64,000 nucleotides of DNA from an uncultured Planctomycetia bacterium. GTDB lineage: Bacteria; Omnitrophota; Gorgyraeia; 2-02-FULL-51-18. Made by a program: the position numbers and the translations under genes. This document shows, piece after piece, positions 37,880 to 47,669 of the stretch. Position 1 is the stretch's first letter, and the number at the start of each line of letters is the position of its first letter. The stretch is from assembly GCA_964606485.1 (NCBI GenBank), contig CAZSGP010000002.1:10766-74765 (forward strand). Direction: 5' to 3'. The notes beneath the pieces are model-generated. The model saw only the letters and a program-made list of their open reading frames with translations, made no database searches and had not been told where the DNA came from.

Positions 37880-40137
37880 TACGAATCTTCGATGGAATCG
37901 TTTTTTTCTTCTTTATCAGCGGGAGCAGCCCCTTCGGGCTTCGGAAGGCGATTGGCGATGAAATTGCAATCTGGGTAGCGCGTGCATCCAAAAAAAGATC
38001 TGCCCTTACCCATTTTGGATCGGCGCTGAACAAGCTTTCCTTGCAGACATTGTGGGCACGGCACGTTAGTCGAAATCGACTTTGCATTTTTGCAGTCCGG
38101 CCAGCCGGAGCACGCCATAAACTTGCCCTTGCGGCCCCATTTAATCACCATGGGCTTGGCGCACTTTTCGCAAATTTCGTCTGTAGGCTCCGCCTCGCGC
38201 TTCACGCTTTCCATTTGAGTCTTCGCCAAGTCCATCTGTGTGCCAAAAACGCCATAAAAATCCTTCACGGCGGTGATCCATTTCAATTGTCCCTCTTCAA
38301 CCTTATCCAACTCTTCTTCCATGTTGGCGGTAAATTCGTAGTCCATTAATTTTGAAAAATGCTTTACAAGCAGATCGGTAACGAGCATTCCCAAATCACT
38401 TGGGATCAGACTTCCGCCCTCACGACGCACATAATCGCGTCCGGTGATGGTGGAAATTGTCGGAGCGTACGTCGATGGCCGTCCAATTCCATTTTCTTCG
38501 AGCGCTTTCACGAGTGAAGCGTCGGTGAACCGGGCTGGGGGTTTTGTGAAATGTTGTTCCGGTAAGAGCTGGAGCAGTTTTAAAATTTCTTTAGGCTCGA
38601 GTGTGGGCAGAGGATTCTCTTCTTCCTCAGCTTGACCACGAACCGCAAGGTAGCCTGGGAATTCAATCCGGCTTCCGGCCGCGTGAAACGTGTATTCTCC
38701 AGCCGTAATATCCGCGCTATCTTGCCCGATTTGAGCGGGCGTCATTTGGCTCGCGAGTGCGGTTTCCCAGATCAGCGAATACAACTTAAATTGATCCGGA
38801 GCCAAATACTGCTCGATGTCTTTTGGTCGTCTTAAAATGGAGCTCGGACGGATCGCTTCGTGCGCGCCTTGCGCATCTTTTTTGGATTTATAAAAATTGG
38901 GTTTTTCCGGGAGATAGTCCTTTCCGAATTCTTTGGAAATAAATTCACGGATTTCGCTCACGGCGGTGTCTGCCATTCTCACCGAGTCTGTTCTCATGTA
39001 GGTAATCAAACCCACGCTTCCCTCAGACCCTAGCTCCACGCCTTCGTACAACCCTTGAGCCGTGCGCATGGTTTTAGCGGCAGGAAACCTTAAAACGTTG
39101 TAAGCAGCCTGCTGAAGCTTACTCGTGGTAAACGGCGGGTACGGATTCTTTTTTTTCTTCTGATGCTTTATTTCGCTGACAATAAAAGGGAGAGATTTGG
39201 TAGCAATTAGAACCTGATCGGCTTGCGACTTCGATTTGATTTCCGCTTTATCAGGGCCGATTTTATCGAGCTTAGCCTTAAAGACGTTCCTTTTGCCTTT
39301 TTCTTTTTCAAGCTCCGCTTCAATCGACCAGTATTCTTCCGCCTTAAAAGCTCTGATTTCACGCTCGCGATCAACAATCAGTCTAAGCGCCACTGACTGC
39401 ACTCTACCCGCCGATAACCCTCGGCCCACTTTTTGCCAGAGTAGTGGGCTTAAATTGTAACCAACCAAACGGTCGAGAACGCGCCGGGCTTGCTGAGCGT
39501 CCACACGGTTCATGTCAATTTCGCCGGGGTTTTTAAAAGCGGCTTGAATGGCTTCTTTCGTGATTTCGTTAAAAACAACTCGTGTGCATTTTTTTCCTTC
39601 GCCCAATACATTTTTTAAATGCCAGCTAATGGCCTCCCCTTCGCGGTCAGGGTCACAGGCGAGAACAAGATTCTCTTTTCCTTTGGCAAGAGCCTTGAGT
39701 GCCGTTAAAACTTTTTTCTTATCTTTCGAGACGATGTATCTAGGCGTAAAATCGTTATCGATGTCGATTCCCATTTTGCTTTTAGGCAAGTCGATCACAT
39801 GGCCCATGGACGCGGCCACATCAAATCCGGGTCCTAGATATTTTCCGATGGTTTTGCACTTTGCGGGAGACTCTACGATCACAAGCGTTCCCGCCCCCTT
39901 GGACTTGGAAGCGGTGGACTTCTTTTTAGGTGACGCTCCGCCGCCCACAAAATTCACAATTTCGAGCTCATCGCCATTTTCAACGCGGCAGGTTGCAAAT
40001 TCCTCTCGAGGAATAATTTCTAAATTTTTCTCAATGGCCACTCTCTGCTTTTCGATGCCAAGCTTTTTTAAAAGCCCTTCAAGCGTGAGCGCTTCATCTA
40101 GCGATTGCTTCTTTCCGTTTAATTTAATTTCAATCAC
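37879..40137 (-). CDS. topA: DNA topoisomerase I with an in-frame N-terminal ThiS-like (beta-grasp, -GGG) domain and Lys-rich linker
   Basis: 752-aa ORF; residues about 84 onward are canonical TopA (TLVIVESPAKCKTIGKYLG TOPRIM, catalytic Tyr region, C-terminal C4 zinc ribbons). No stop codon or ATG lies between the ThiS-like part and the TopA start. Confidence 0.9.
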   Translation of the reverse strand: MIEIKLNGKKQSLDEALTLEGLLKKLGIEKQRVAIEKNLEIIPREEFATCRVENGDELEIVNFVGGGASPKKKSTASKSKGAGTLVIVESPAKCKTIGKYLGPGFDVAASMGHVIDLPKSKMGIDIDNDFTPRYIVSKDKKKVLTALKALAKGKENLVLACDPDREGEAISWHLKNVLGEGKKCTRVVFNEITKEAIQAAFKNPGEIDMNRVDAQQARRVLDRLVGYNLSPLLWQKVGRGLSAGRVQSVALRLIVDREREIRAFKAEEYWSIEAELEKEKGKRNVFKAKLDKIGPDKAEIKSKSQADQVLIATKSLPFIVSEIKHQKKKKNPYPPFTTSKLQQAAYNVLRFPAAKTMRTAQGLYEGVELGSEGSVGLITYMRTDSVRMADTAVSEIREFISKEFGKDYLPEKPNFYKSKKDAQGAHEAIRPSSILRRPKDIEQYLAPDQFKLYSLIWETALASQMTPAQIGQDSADITAGEYTFHAAGSRIEFPGYLAVRGQAEEEENPLPTLEPKEILKLLQLLPEQHFTKPPARFTDASLVKALEENGIGRPSTYAPTISTITGRDYVRREGGSLIPSDLGMLVTDLLVKHFSKLMDYEFTANMEEELDKVEEGQLKWITAVKDFYGVFGTQMDLAKTQMESVKREAEPTDEICEKCAKPMVIKWGRKGKFMACSGWPDCKNAKSISTNVPCPQCLQGKLVQRRSKMGKGRSFFGCTRYPDCNFIANRLPKPEGAAPADKEEKNDSIEDS
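39937..40137 (-). other. thiS: ThiS-like sulfur-carrier/ubiquitin-fold domain (67 aa, ends ...ELEIVNFVGGG) fused in frame to topA
   Basis: MIEIKLNGKKQSL...EKNLEIIPREEFATCRVENGDELEIVNFVGGG has ThiS length and closely parallels Bacillus-type ThiS as I recall it (...ERNKEIIGKERYHEVELCDRDVIEIVHFVGGG). Confidence 0.7.
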
Positions 40138-41247
40138 TTAAATCGCCCTTTCAAAAAAGTTCCCGGGTTTTCTACGGATAAACCCTTTCATCTCAAGCTG
40201 TGTCAGCTCTACAATCGCCTCAGAGGCAGGCACTCCCAGCGCTTCAATTAAATCATCAGTCAGCGCAGGCTGGCGTTCTAAGCGAGCGAGAATGATTTTT
40301 TCTTTTTCATTCAAAAGATTTGGGTCGACAATTTTAGCCTGACGGGAAAATTGTGGCTCAGCTAACACACCCGAAATTTCATTGAGCACGTCCTGCGCAG
40401 AAAGCGCTAGCTTTGCGCCTTGCTTTAAAAGTGCGTGCGTGCCTTCTGAACGCAATGAATCAACCGGGCCCGGCACCGCAAACACTTCCCGGTTTTGGTC
40501 CAGTGCCGAGTCCACCGTGATCAGCGCGCCGCTTCTTTGCATAGCCTCAACCACCACCACTGCACGCGACAAGCCGCTGATGATCCGGTTTCGGACTGGA
40601 AAGTACTCGGGTCTTGGCATTACGTCCATAGGGTACTCCGAAATGATCGCGCCACTTTGAATCATTTTTTTAGCTAGTTTTTCGTGTGTTTTCAAAACGC
40701 CATGCGTAAGACCGCCGCCCAACACACCCACCGTCAAACCTCCTCCGGCGAGCGCTCCCTCGTGTGCAGAGGCGTCAATTCCCATGGCCAACCCGCTAAC
40801 CACGACGGCACCAAGCTTTGCAAAGTCCTGCCCAAAAAGATGCGCCATCCGGATCCCATAATCCGACGCACTTCTAGACCCTACCAGTCCTATGGCCGTG
40901 AGTGAATCACCCGGAAGATTGCCCATCACATACAACGCCATCGGCGGGTCGTAAATTTCCTTCAGCAAAGCGGGGTACGCCTCATCAAAAAAACCAATTA
41001 CAGCCGCGCCGCGATCATGCGCTTTCTGAATTTCAAGCTCTGCTTTTTTTAAAATATCTTGTGAAAAAATTTGTTCGAACGAAACATGGGTAGAGCGAGG
41101 TATCTCTTTGAACTCTGAGAGCTCTGCGGACCAAATCCGGTCGAGTGACCCAAATTTATCTAAAAGCTTTCGAAATGTCGCGGGCCCCAAGCCCTGCACC
41201 AGTGACAGCGCCACGCATTTTTTTAAATCGTCAGAAACAAGCTTCAA
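40138..41247 (-). CDS. dprA: DNA processing protein A (DprA/Smf)
   Basis: 369 aa; Rossmann-like DprA core (GLAMGIDASAHEGAL) and C-terminal winged-helix; conserved dprA-topA linkage. Confidence 0.9.
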   Translation of the reverse strand: MKLVSDDLKKCVALSLVQGLGPATFRKLLDKFGSLDRIWSAELSEFKEIPRSTHVSFEQIFSQDILKKAELEIQKAHDRGAAVIGFFDEAYPALLKEIYDPPMALYVMGNLPGDSLTAIGLVGSRSASDYGIRMAHLFGQDFAKLGAVVVSGLAMGIDASAHEGALAGGGLTVGVLGGGLTHGVLKTHEKLAKKMIQSGAIISEYPMDVMPRPEYFPVRNRIISGLSRAVVVVEAMQRSGALITVDSALDQNREVFAVPGPVDSLRSEGTHALLKQGAKLALSAQDVLNEISGVLAEPQFSRQAKIVDPNLLNEKEKIILARLERQPALTDDLIEALGVPASEAIVELTQLEMKGFIRRKPGNFFERAI

Positions 41248-41753
41248 AGTTTCACCGTTTTTAAAATGAGTTCCGCTACTTCCCCGGGGCGCAAACCATC
41301 TGTTTTAAATTGATACTCTGCCTTTTCATAAGTCGGCAAGCGAAGGGCCATGAGACGTTCGATTTCACCGAGCACATCTGGAGTTTGCAAGAGCGGCCGG
41401 TGACGCGAATCTTTTACCCGACTGAAAACCGTTTCGGGACTCGCAAACAAAGCGATCATCACCGCATTTTTTTGGAGCATTTCAAAATTCTCAACATCCA
41501 CCACCGCGCCACCTCCGGTCGTGATCACAAGCTCATCTTTTTCGGAAAGCTCTCTCACCGCTTCTTTTTCTAGCTTTCGAAAGGCCGCTTCACCTTGCGC
41601 TTCGAAAATTTCGGATATTTTTTTTCCGCTTTCTTTCTCAACCATCTGATCAATGTCTACCCACGTCCGGCCAAGCAGCTTCGCTAGCGCTTTTCCGACG
41701 CTCGATTTCCCGGTGCCCATAAAACCGATGAGCACGACGTTTTTTGAATTCAT
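41244..41753 (-). CDS. aroK: Shikimate kinase
   Basis: 169 aa; P-loop GFMGTGKSSVGK. Confidence 0.9.
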   Translation of the reverse strand: MNSKNVVLIGFMGTGKSSVGKALAKLLGRTWVDIDQMVEKESGKKISEIFEAQGEAAFRKLEKEAVRELSEKDELVITTGGGAVVDVENFEMLQKNAVMIALFASPETVFSRVKDSRHRPLLQTPDVLGEIERLMALRLPTYEKAEYQFKTDGLRPGEVAELILKTVKL

Positions 41754-41759
41754 GCAGAT

Positions 41760-42884
41760 TTAAAAATTTTTGATCTGTTTTAAATAGCCATCGTAATTGC
41801 GGCGAGTTTCTTTGAGGCTGTCTCCGCCGAACTTTTCCAAGTAAGCATTCGCGAGCTCAAAAGCAACCATCGCTTCACCCACCACACCACAGGCCGGAAC
41901 AGCCGTCACATCAGAGCGCTCTACCGTCGCTACTTCTTTTTTCTTTGTTTGGATATTCACAGAGCCTAGCGGGCTCATCAGTGTCGCATAGGGTTTTGTC
42001 GCGGCACGAATCACTAATATTTCGCCGTTCGTCATCCCGCCCTCAAAACCTCCGGCATTGTTTGTTTTCCGGTAAAAACCTTTTTTCTTGTCGTAATAAA
42101 TTTCATCGTGCAAATCTCTTCCCAGCGTTTCAGAGGATCTAAATCCCTTTCCAATTTCCACGCCTTTAATTGCTTGAATGGACATCACCGCCGCGCAAAG
42201 TTTTGCCGTTAGCCGCCGGTCATAATGAACAAAGCTCCCCAAGCCCGCAGGAACATTTTTAGCGAGCACTTCAAAAACACCGCCAATCGTATCTTTGGAA
42301 GTTTTAGCTTGGTCCACGCGCGCCATCATTTTCTTGGTAATGGCCGGGTCTGCGCAATGCATCGGCGAAACGGCTGCATTTTTTTTAATTTGCTCAAAGC
42401 TCAATTTAGAAGTGTCGCAGGTTACTCCGCCGATATTCACCACATGACTGAGTATTTCAACGCCAAATGTTTTAAGAAAAATCTTACAGACAGCGCCGAT
42501 AGCCACTCGAGCCGTCGTTTCACGGGCACTCGCACGCTCTAAAATGTCCCGAATATCTCCGCTATCGTATTTCATAACGCCAACAAGATCCGCGTGTCCG
42601 GGCCGTGGCCGCTTCACAACCGGCAGTTCATTGATTTTAAAGTCCCGGTTTGGCATGTGCAGCGCGATTGGCCCGCCGATTGTTTTCTGGAAACGCACTC
42701 CCGATAAAATCTCGGCTTTGTCCGTCTCGATCGTCATGCGACCCCCACGACCATACCCTTCCTGACGGCGCGCGAGTTCAAAATTAATTTCTTTTTCTTG
42801 AACTTCAAGACCGGCAACCATGCCTTCCAAAATAGCGACTAAACTTTTTCCGTGCGACTCTCCACTCGTTAAAAATCGAAGCAT
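41760..42884 (-). CDS. aroC: Chorismate synthase
   Basis: 374 aa; N-terminal GESHG signature. Confidence 0.93.
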   Translation of the reverse strand: MLRFLTSGESHGKSLVAILEGMVAGLEVQEKEINFELARRQEGYGRGGRMTIETDKAEILSGVRFQKTIGGPIALHMPNRDFKINELPVVKRPRPGHADLVGVMKYDSGDIRDILERASARETTARVAIGAVCKIFLKTFGVEILSHVVNIGGVTCDTSKLSFEQIKKNAAVSPMHCADPAITKKMMARVDQAKTSKDTIGGVFEVLAKNVPAGLGSFVHYDRRLTAKLCAAVMSIQAIKGVEIGKGFRSSETLGRDLHDEIYYDKKKGFYRKTNNAGGFEGGMTNGEILVIRAATKPYATLMSPLGSVNIQTKKKEVATVERSDVTAVPACGVVGEAMVAFELANAYLEKFGGDSLKETRRNYDGYLKQIKNF

Positions 42885-42893
42885 TTTTTCTCC

Positions 42894-43673
42894 TTATGAA
42901 AGATGAAGATAATTAAAATAGAGATGAATAATTTGAGGGCCTACAAACATATAACTCACAGCGGCGATCGCAATAAAGGGTCCAAACGGGATTTTCTCTT
43001 CACCGGTTATGACTTTAAAAACAATTCCTGCTAACGCACCGATAAAAGAAGAAACAAATAGAGTCCACAAAACTCCCTGCCAGCCCAAAAATGCGCCAAT
43101 CATCGCCAAAAGCTTCACATCCCCGCCACCCATGGCTTCCTTTTTTAAGACCCATTCAGCAACGGTGCCCAAAACATACAAAAACCCACCACCTAAAAGG
43201 ATTCCAAAAATAGCCTCGCGCGCTCCGGCCCACCAGACCGCTTGTCCATGCATTTGCGGGAATACCAGTGAAAGCCCAAAACCCGCACCAATTCCGGTCA
43301 GCGTAATCCCGTCCGGAATGATTTGATAACGAAAATCAATCACACTCTCAACTAAAAATGCCAGCGTGAGCGCTAAAAAAACAATCCCTTTTAGCGTTAA
43401 TCCAAACTTCACATAAAAAATGACAAAAAGTGCTGCTGTTAAAAGCTCGATGGCCGGATACTGCCAGGAAATGGGCTTTCGGCAATGACGGCATTTGCCG
43501 TTTAGGAGTAGAAAACTAAAGACCGGAATATTATCGAACCACGCTAAGGGTTTTTTGCATTTCATGCAGTGGGATGCGGGGAAAACAATCGATTCTTCTT
43601 TGGGGACTCTTAAGATACAGACATTTAAAAAACTGCCGATCAGCGCTCCAAAAACGAATGCAATTATCTGCAT
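42894..43673 (-). CDS. pilD: Type IV prepilin peptidase (A24 family, PilD/PppA)
   Basis: 259 aa; polytopic membrane protein with cytoplasmic CxxC...CxxC zinc-finger loop (CMKCKKPL...CRHCRKPI) and conserved Asp residues. Confidence 0.85.
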   Translation of the reverse strand: MQIIAFVFGALIGSFLNVCILRVPKEESIVFPASHCMKCKKPLAWFDNIPVFSFLLLNGKCRHCRKPISWQYPAIELLTAALFVIFYVKFGLTLKGIVFLALTLAFLVESVIDFRYQIIPDGITLTGIGAGFGLSLVFPQMHGQAVWWAGAREAIFGILLGGGFLYVLGTVAEWVLKKEAMGGGDVKLLAMIGAFLGWQGVLWTLFVSSFIGALAGIVFKVITGEEKIPFGPFIAIAAVSYMFVGPQIIHLYFNYLHLS

Positions 43674-44509
43674 TTTTTAAGTGTTTCTAGCATTTGTTCT
43701 AACACACCCACCTTCACCCCGGTCCAAAGCCCAAAGGATAGCGCGCCTTGTGCGGCCAGCATACCTAAACCATTTGCGCAAGAAAACCCCAACGCCGCGG
43801 CACTCTTCAAAAATGGTGTCTCGGCCGGTGAATAAATTAAATCGTAAACCACGGGCTTGCCTTTAAATTGTTTTAGATCGACGGGGAGCGCATCTTCCGA
43901 CTTCATCCCGCTCGCTGTGGCATTCACGACGCAGTCCATTTTTTCGGATTTCAAAAACCCAAGATCGCTCACGGCTTCAAACTCAGTTTCAGGAAAGCGT
44001 GCAGCGGCAACATCCGCTAGTCCCAGAGCCCGCTCCAGAGTTCGGTTATAAATCCAAACCTTCTCAGCCTCCCCGGAACCCAGCGCGAACGTCACTGCAC
44101 GCGCCGAACCCCCGGCACCACAAAGAAATATTTTTTTACCGGCTGGCAAAAAATTAAGGTCGTTTTTTAAGGCCCACAAAAATCCGAGCATGTCGGTGTT
44201 GTACCCATACAGTCTTCCATCGCGATTCACGACCGTGTTAATGGCGTCCATCGCCCGGTCAATGTCTTCCGGAATCTCGTCAACGTAGCCAATCGCCTCT
44301 TCCTTAAAAGGCACGGTGATGTTGACGCCGCCCATCTTGAGCGAACGGATGGCTTCAAAAGCAAGGCCCAGGCCTTCTTTCTGAATTTCAAACGCGAGAT
44401 ACTGCGCATTCAACCCAAAATGCTTAAAAGCGGCATTGTGCATCTGTGGCGACAGCGAATGCGTCACCGGATGCCCAAAAATTCCGTACAGCTTGGTTTC
44501 TGAATTCAT
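43664..44509 (-). CDS. aroE: Shikimate dehydrogenase
   Basis: 281 aa; LYGIFGHPVTHSLSPQMHNAAF substrate-binding N-terminus, GAGGSARAV NADP fold. Confidence 0.92.
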   Translation of the reverse strand: MNSETKLYGIFGHPVTHSLSPQMHNAAFKHFGLNAQYLAFEIQKEGLGLAFEAIRSLKMGGVNITVPFKEEAIGYVDEIPEDIDRAMDAINTVVNRDGRLYGYNTDMLGFLWALKNDLNFLPAGKKIFLCGAGGSARAVTFALGSGEAEKVWIYNRTLERALGLADVAAARFPETEFEAVSDLGFLKSEKMDCVVNATASGMKSEDALPVDLKQFKGKPVVYDLIYSPAETPFLKSAAALGFSCANGLGMLAAQGALSFGLWTGVKVGVLEQMLETLKKCR

Positions 44510-44537
44510 TTTTAAGACTTCATCCCTAATATTTAAA

Positions 44538-44569
44538 TAAAAAAAGGGGCCGCAATCCCACCGCGCCCC
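44538..44569 (-). terminator. Rho-independent terminator after leuA (GC hairpin GGGGCGCGG..CCGCCCC followed by a 7-U tract)
   Basis: Read directly from the 83-bp leuA-aroE gap on the minus strand. Confidence 0.75.
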
Positions 44570-44592
44570 TTTAAAGTTTTACTCTAAAACTT

Positions 44593-46149
44593 TTAAACCC
44601 CGTGGCGGACGCTTCCTTTTTTCTTTTTTGCGGCGTGAGCGTGGATTTTGTTCATCGCGTCCACATACGCTTTGACGCTGGCTTCAATCACGTCTATGCT
44701 CACACCCTGCCCGATCACCATTTGGCCGTCCGGGCCTTCCACTTTCACATTCACTTGGCCTTGCGCATCTTTCCCCACTGTCACCGAATGAATTTGGTAA
44801 TCCAGCAAGCGGGTCTTCGTCTTCACAATTTTATCGATGATTTTGTAAGCCGCGTCTACCGGACCACTGCCAGTCCCACTCATGGAAACCGTCTTCCCCT
44901 TTGTCTTGACCTTGATCGAAACCTTAGGGGCTTTTCCGCTCTGCGTCTGAATGCTTAAAAATGCCAGTTCATACGTTTTCTCAACTACTGCTGTGTCGCT
45001 TTCAGCGAGCACCAGCAAGTCATCATCAAAAATTTCTTTTTTCTTGTCAGCCAATACTTTGAAATCCGTAAAAACTTTGTCGAGTTCTTTGGTGTTTAAT
45101 TTGAATCCTAATTTTTGCAGGCGGCTTTCGAGCGCATGGCGACCCGAATGCTTACCCAGCACGAGCTGCGTTTCGCCAAAACCCACGTCTTCCGGGCGCA
45201 TAATCTCATAGGTCTTTCTCATCTTGAGAAGACCGTCTTGGTGAATGCCTGATTCGTGAGTAAACGCGTTGCGCCCCACAACAGCTTTATTGGGCTGAAC
45301 AAGCATTCCGGTTAAAGAGCTCACAAGACGGCTCGCCTTACAAATTTGATCCTTGCGCACGTTCGTATACAAATTTGGGAAACTATCTTTGCGGGTATCG
45401 AGCGCCATCACAATCTCTTCAACAGCGGCGTTTCCCGCACGCTCTCCAATGCCATTGACGGTGCATTCGATTTGGCGAGCGCCATATTTTAATGCGCTGA
45501 GCGAATTCGAAACCGCTAATCCTAAATCATTATGGCAATGAACGCTCACAATCGCGCGGTTAATATTCGGTACGTTTTCAAAAATGCCTTTGATCAATTC
45601 TCCAAATTCAAACGGCATGGCGTAGCCGACCGTGTCAGGAATGTTTAAAACGGTGGCACCCGCATCAATCACGTTTTCGAGCACTTCGTACAAAAACTCA
45701 GGCTCGGTGCGCGAGGCGTCCTCGGGAGAAAATTCGACTTCGCCAATTTTATTTTTGGCGTGCTTGATTGCCTCACAAGCGATGCGAATAATTTCGTCTT
45801 TGGCTTTGTTGAGTTTGTATTTGCGGTGAATTTCGCTAGTCGCCAAAAAAATATGCAAGCGGCTATTTTCAGCGGGCTTCAGACTGTCGATGGCGACATC
45901 AATGTCTTTTTGTACCGCACGCGCGAGCGCGCAGATTTTTGGACCTTTGATTTCTTTGGCGATACGCCTTACAGCTGCGGCGTCACCCGGAGAGGTGATC
46001 GGAAAACCGGCTTCAATGATATCCACACGCAATTCCGCGAGCTGGCGGGCAATTTCGAGCTTGGCATGCTCGTCAAGGCTTGCGCCCGGAGACTGCTCCC
46101 CATCTCGGAGTGTGGTATCAAAGATATAAACCCGGTTTTTATCGTCCAT
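44593..46149 (-). CDS. leuA: 2-isopropylmalate synthase (LeuA-type; CimA cannot be excluded)
   Basis: 518 aa; N-terminal LRDGEQ, HxH metal site, C-terminal LeuA dimerisation/regulatory domain; in the ilvBNC-leuA operon. Confidence 0.85.
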   Translation of the reverse strand: MDDKNRVYIFDTTLRDGEQSPGASLDEHAKLEIARQLAELRVDIIEAGFPITSPGDAAAVRRIAKEIKGPKICALARAVQKDIDVAIDSLKPAENSRLHIFLATSEIHRKYKLNKAKDEIIRIACEAIKHAKNKIGEVEFSPEDASRTEPEFLYEVLENVIDAGATVLNIPDTVGYAMPFEFGELIKGIFENVPNINRAIVSVHCHNDLGLAVSNSLSALKYGARQIECTVNGIGERAGNAAVEEIVMALDTRKDSFPNLYTNVRKDQICKASRLVSSLTGMLVQPNKAVVGRNAFTHESGIHQDGLLKMRKTYEIMRPEDVGFGETQLVLGKHSGRHALESRLQKLGFKLNTKELDKVFTDFKVLADKKKEIFDDDLLVLAESDTAVVEKTYELAFLSIQTQSGKAPKVSIKVKTKGKTVSMSGTGSGPVDAAYKIIDKIVKTKTRLLDYQIHSVTVGKDAQGQVNVKVEGPDGQMVIGQGVSIDVIEASVKAYVDAMNKIHAHAAKKKKGSVRHGV

Positions 46150-47136
46150 TTACATCCATTTCATCATGCCGCGCAATTTGGTGCCGACTTGCTCGATGGA
46201 GTGCTTGTCGTCCGCATGGCGCAATTTTTCAAAGTTTTTCTTGCCCTTCTTGTAATCATCCAAAAATTCTTTGGCGAATTTGCCCTTTTGGATTTCTTTC
46301 AATACTTTTTGCATCTCGTCCTTGGCGCGCTTGCCGACAATTCGGGGTCCGCGTGTCAAATCGCCGTATTCGGCCGTATCAGAAACGCGCTTTCTCATTC
46401 CCTGGATTCCGGTCGCATAAATCATGTCGGTGATGAGTTTGAGCTCATGCAAGCATTCGAAATACGCGATCTCGGGCTGATAGCCAGCTTTGACCAGTGT
46501 TTCAAATCCCGCTTTGACCAGTGCACTCACGCCGCCGCACAGCACAGTCTGCTCACCAAAAAGATCGGTCTCAGTTTCTTCTTTAAATGTTGTTTCGATC
46601 ACACCCGCACGCGTTCCGCCCAAACCTTTGGCGTAAGCGAGCGCGATTTTTTTCGCATTGCCTGAACCGTTTTGAAACACGGCGATCAAACACGGAACGC
46701 CCTTCCCCTCTTCGTACAGACGACGAACGAGGCTACCCGGACCTTTGGGCGCAATCATGAACACGTCCACAAATTTCGGGGGAACAATTTGCTTGAAATG
46801 AATGTTAAAGCCATGTGAAAACGCGAGCGCTTTGCCTTTGGTCAAGTAAGGCGCCACATCGTTTCTATAAATTTCAGATTGCAAAGGGTCTTGTGCCAAA
46901 ATAATAATAACGTCCGACTGCTTGGCGCATTCGGCGGCGCTGACGGGCGCAAAACCATCTTTTTTGGCGATCTCATAATTGGGTCCGCCGGGTCTTTGCG
47001 AAACCACCACGTTGATTCCGCTGTCGCGGAGATTTAGCGCTTGGCCGCGGCCTTGAATGCCGTAACCGATCACGCCGACGGTCTTACCTTTTAGATATTT
47101 CAAATCCGCATCATTGTCATAATAAATTTTTGCCAT
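46150..47136 (-). CDS. ilvC: Ketol-acid reductoisomerase
   Basis: 328 aa; [24 protein letters not shown] Rossmann motif. Confidence 0.95.
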   Translation of the reverse strand: MAKIYYDNDADLKYLKGKTVGVIGYGIQGRGQALNLRDSGINVVVSQRPGGPNYEIAKKDGFAPVSAAECAKQSDVIIILAQDPLQSEIYRNDVAPYLTKGKALAFSHGFNIHFKQIVPPKFVDVFMIAPKGPGSLVRRLYEEGKGVPCLIAVFQNGSGNAKKIALAYAKGLGGTRAGVIETTFKEETETDLFGEQTVLCGGVSALVKAGFETLVKAGYQPEIAYFECLHELKLITDMIYATGIQGMRKRVSDTAEYGDLTRGPRIVGKRAKDEMQKVLKEIQKGKFAKEFLDDYKKGKKNFEKLRHADDKHSIEQVGTKLRGMMKWM

Positions 47137-47154
47137 GGTGTTCTCCTCGTTAGC

Positions 47155-47667
47155 TTAATCTTTGGGTGATTTTTTGGACAACGCCACAGTGCCGGTTCTG
47201 GCGATTTCAACGATGCCCATTTGTTTAAAAATTTCAAAAAGAGCGAGCGAATTTTCGCGCGACTCGGTGCACTCCACCTCAATGGTTTTGGGTGTTTCTT
47301 CTAAAACGTTGATGCGGTATTTTGTAGCCAGCGTCTTGATCTTCGCCTTGATCTCAGGCGTTGTCTTAAATTTGACGAGGGTCAACTCGCGGTCGACATA
47401 CCCTTCTTCGCTCAAGTCCTGCACTTTGATCACGTCGATGAGTTTGTTGAGCTGTTTTTTTAACTGCTCATGCGTTTTCTCGTCGGTTTTGGCGACCAAT
47501 GTAATCCGTGAAACAGTGGCGTCGTCGGTCTCGCCCACTGCAAGCGAATCGATGTTGAATCCACGCGCAGAAAAAAGACCGGTCACGTGCGACAAAACGC
47601 CGGAGCGGTTTTCAACAAGCACGGACAAAATTCTAGGTTTTTGAGGTGTTGCTTCGTGTATTGCCAT
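47155..47667 (-). CDS. ilvN: Acetolactate synthase small (regulatory) subunit
   Basis: 170 aa; ACT domain LSVLVENRSGVLSHVTGLFSARGFNIDSL. Confidence 0.92.
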   Translation of the reverse strand: MAIHEATPQKPRILSVLVENRSGVLSHVTGLFSARGFNIDSLAVGETDDATVSRITLVAKTDEKTHEQLKKQLNKLIDVIKVQDLSEEGYVDRELTLVKFKTTPEIKAKIKTLATKYRINVLEETPKTIEVECTESRENSLALFEIFKQMGIVEIARTGTVALSKKSPKD

Positions 47668-47669
47668 AA

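Noticed and set aside
44510-44537. Putative aroE promoter (TTGCGG-17-AATATT) partly inside the leuA terminator hairpin
   Set aside because: The hexamers are weak and the -35 would be sequestered in the terminator stem. The support is too thin to list as a feature.
45760-46665. 301-aa plus-strand ORF, the longest plus-strand ORF in the window
   Set aside because: It lies wholly antisense to the leuA/ilvC junction, whose minus-strand products are unmistakable. It has no SD or promoter context and no recognisable motif, and its composition (runs of F/A/R/L) is typical of a shadow frame opposite a GC-biased coding strand.
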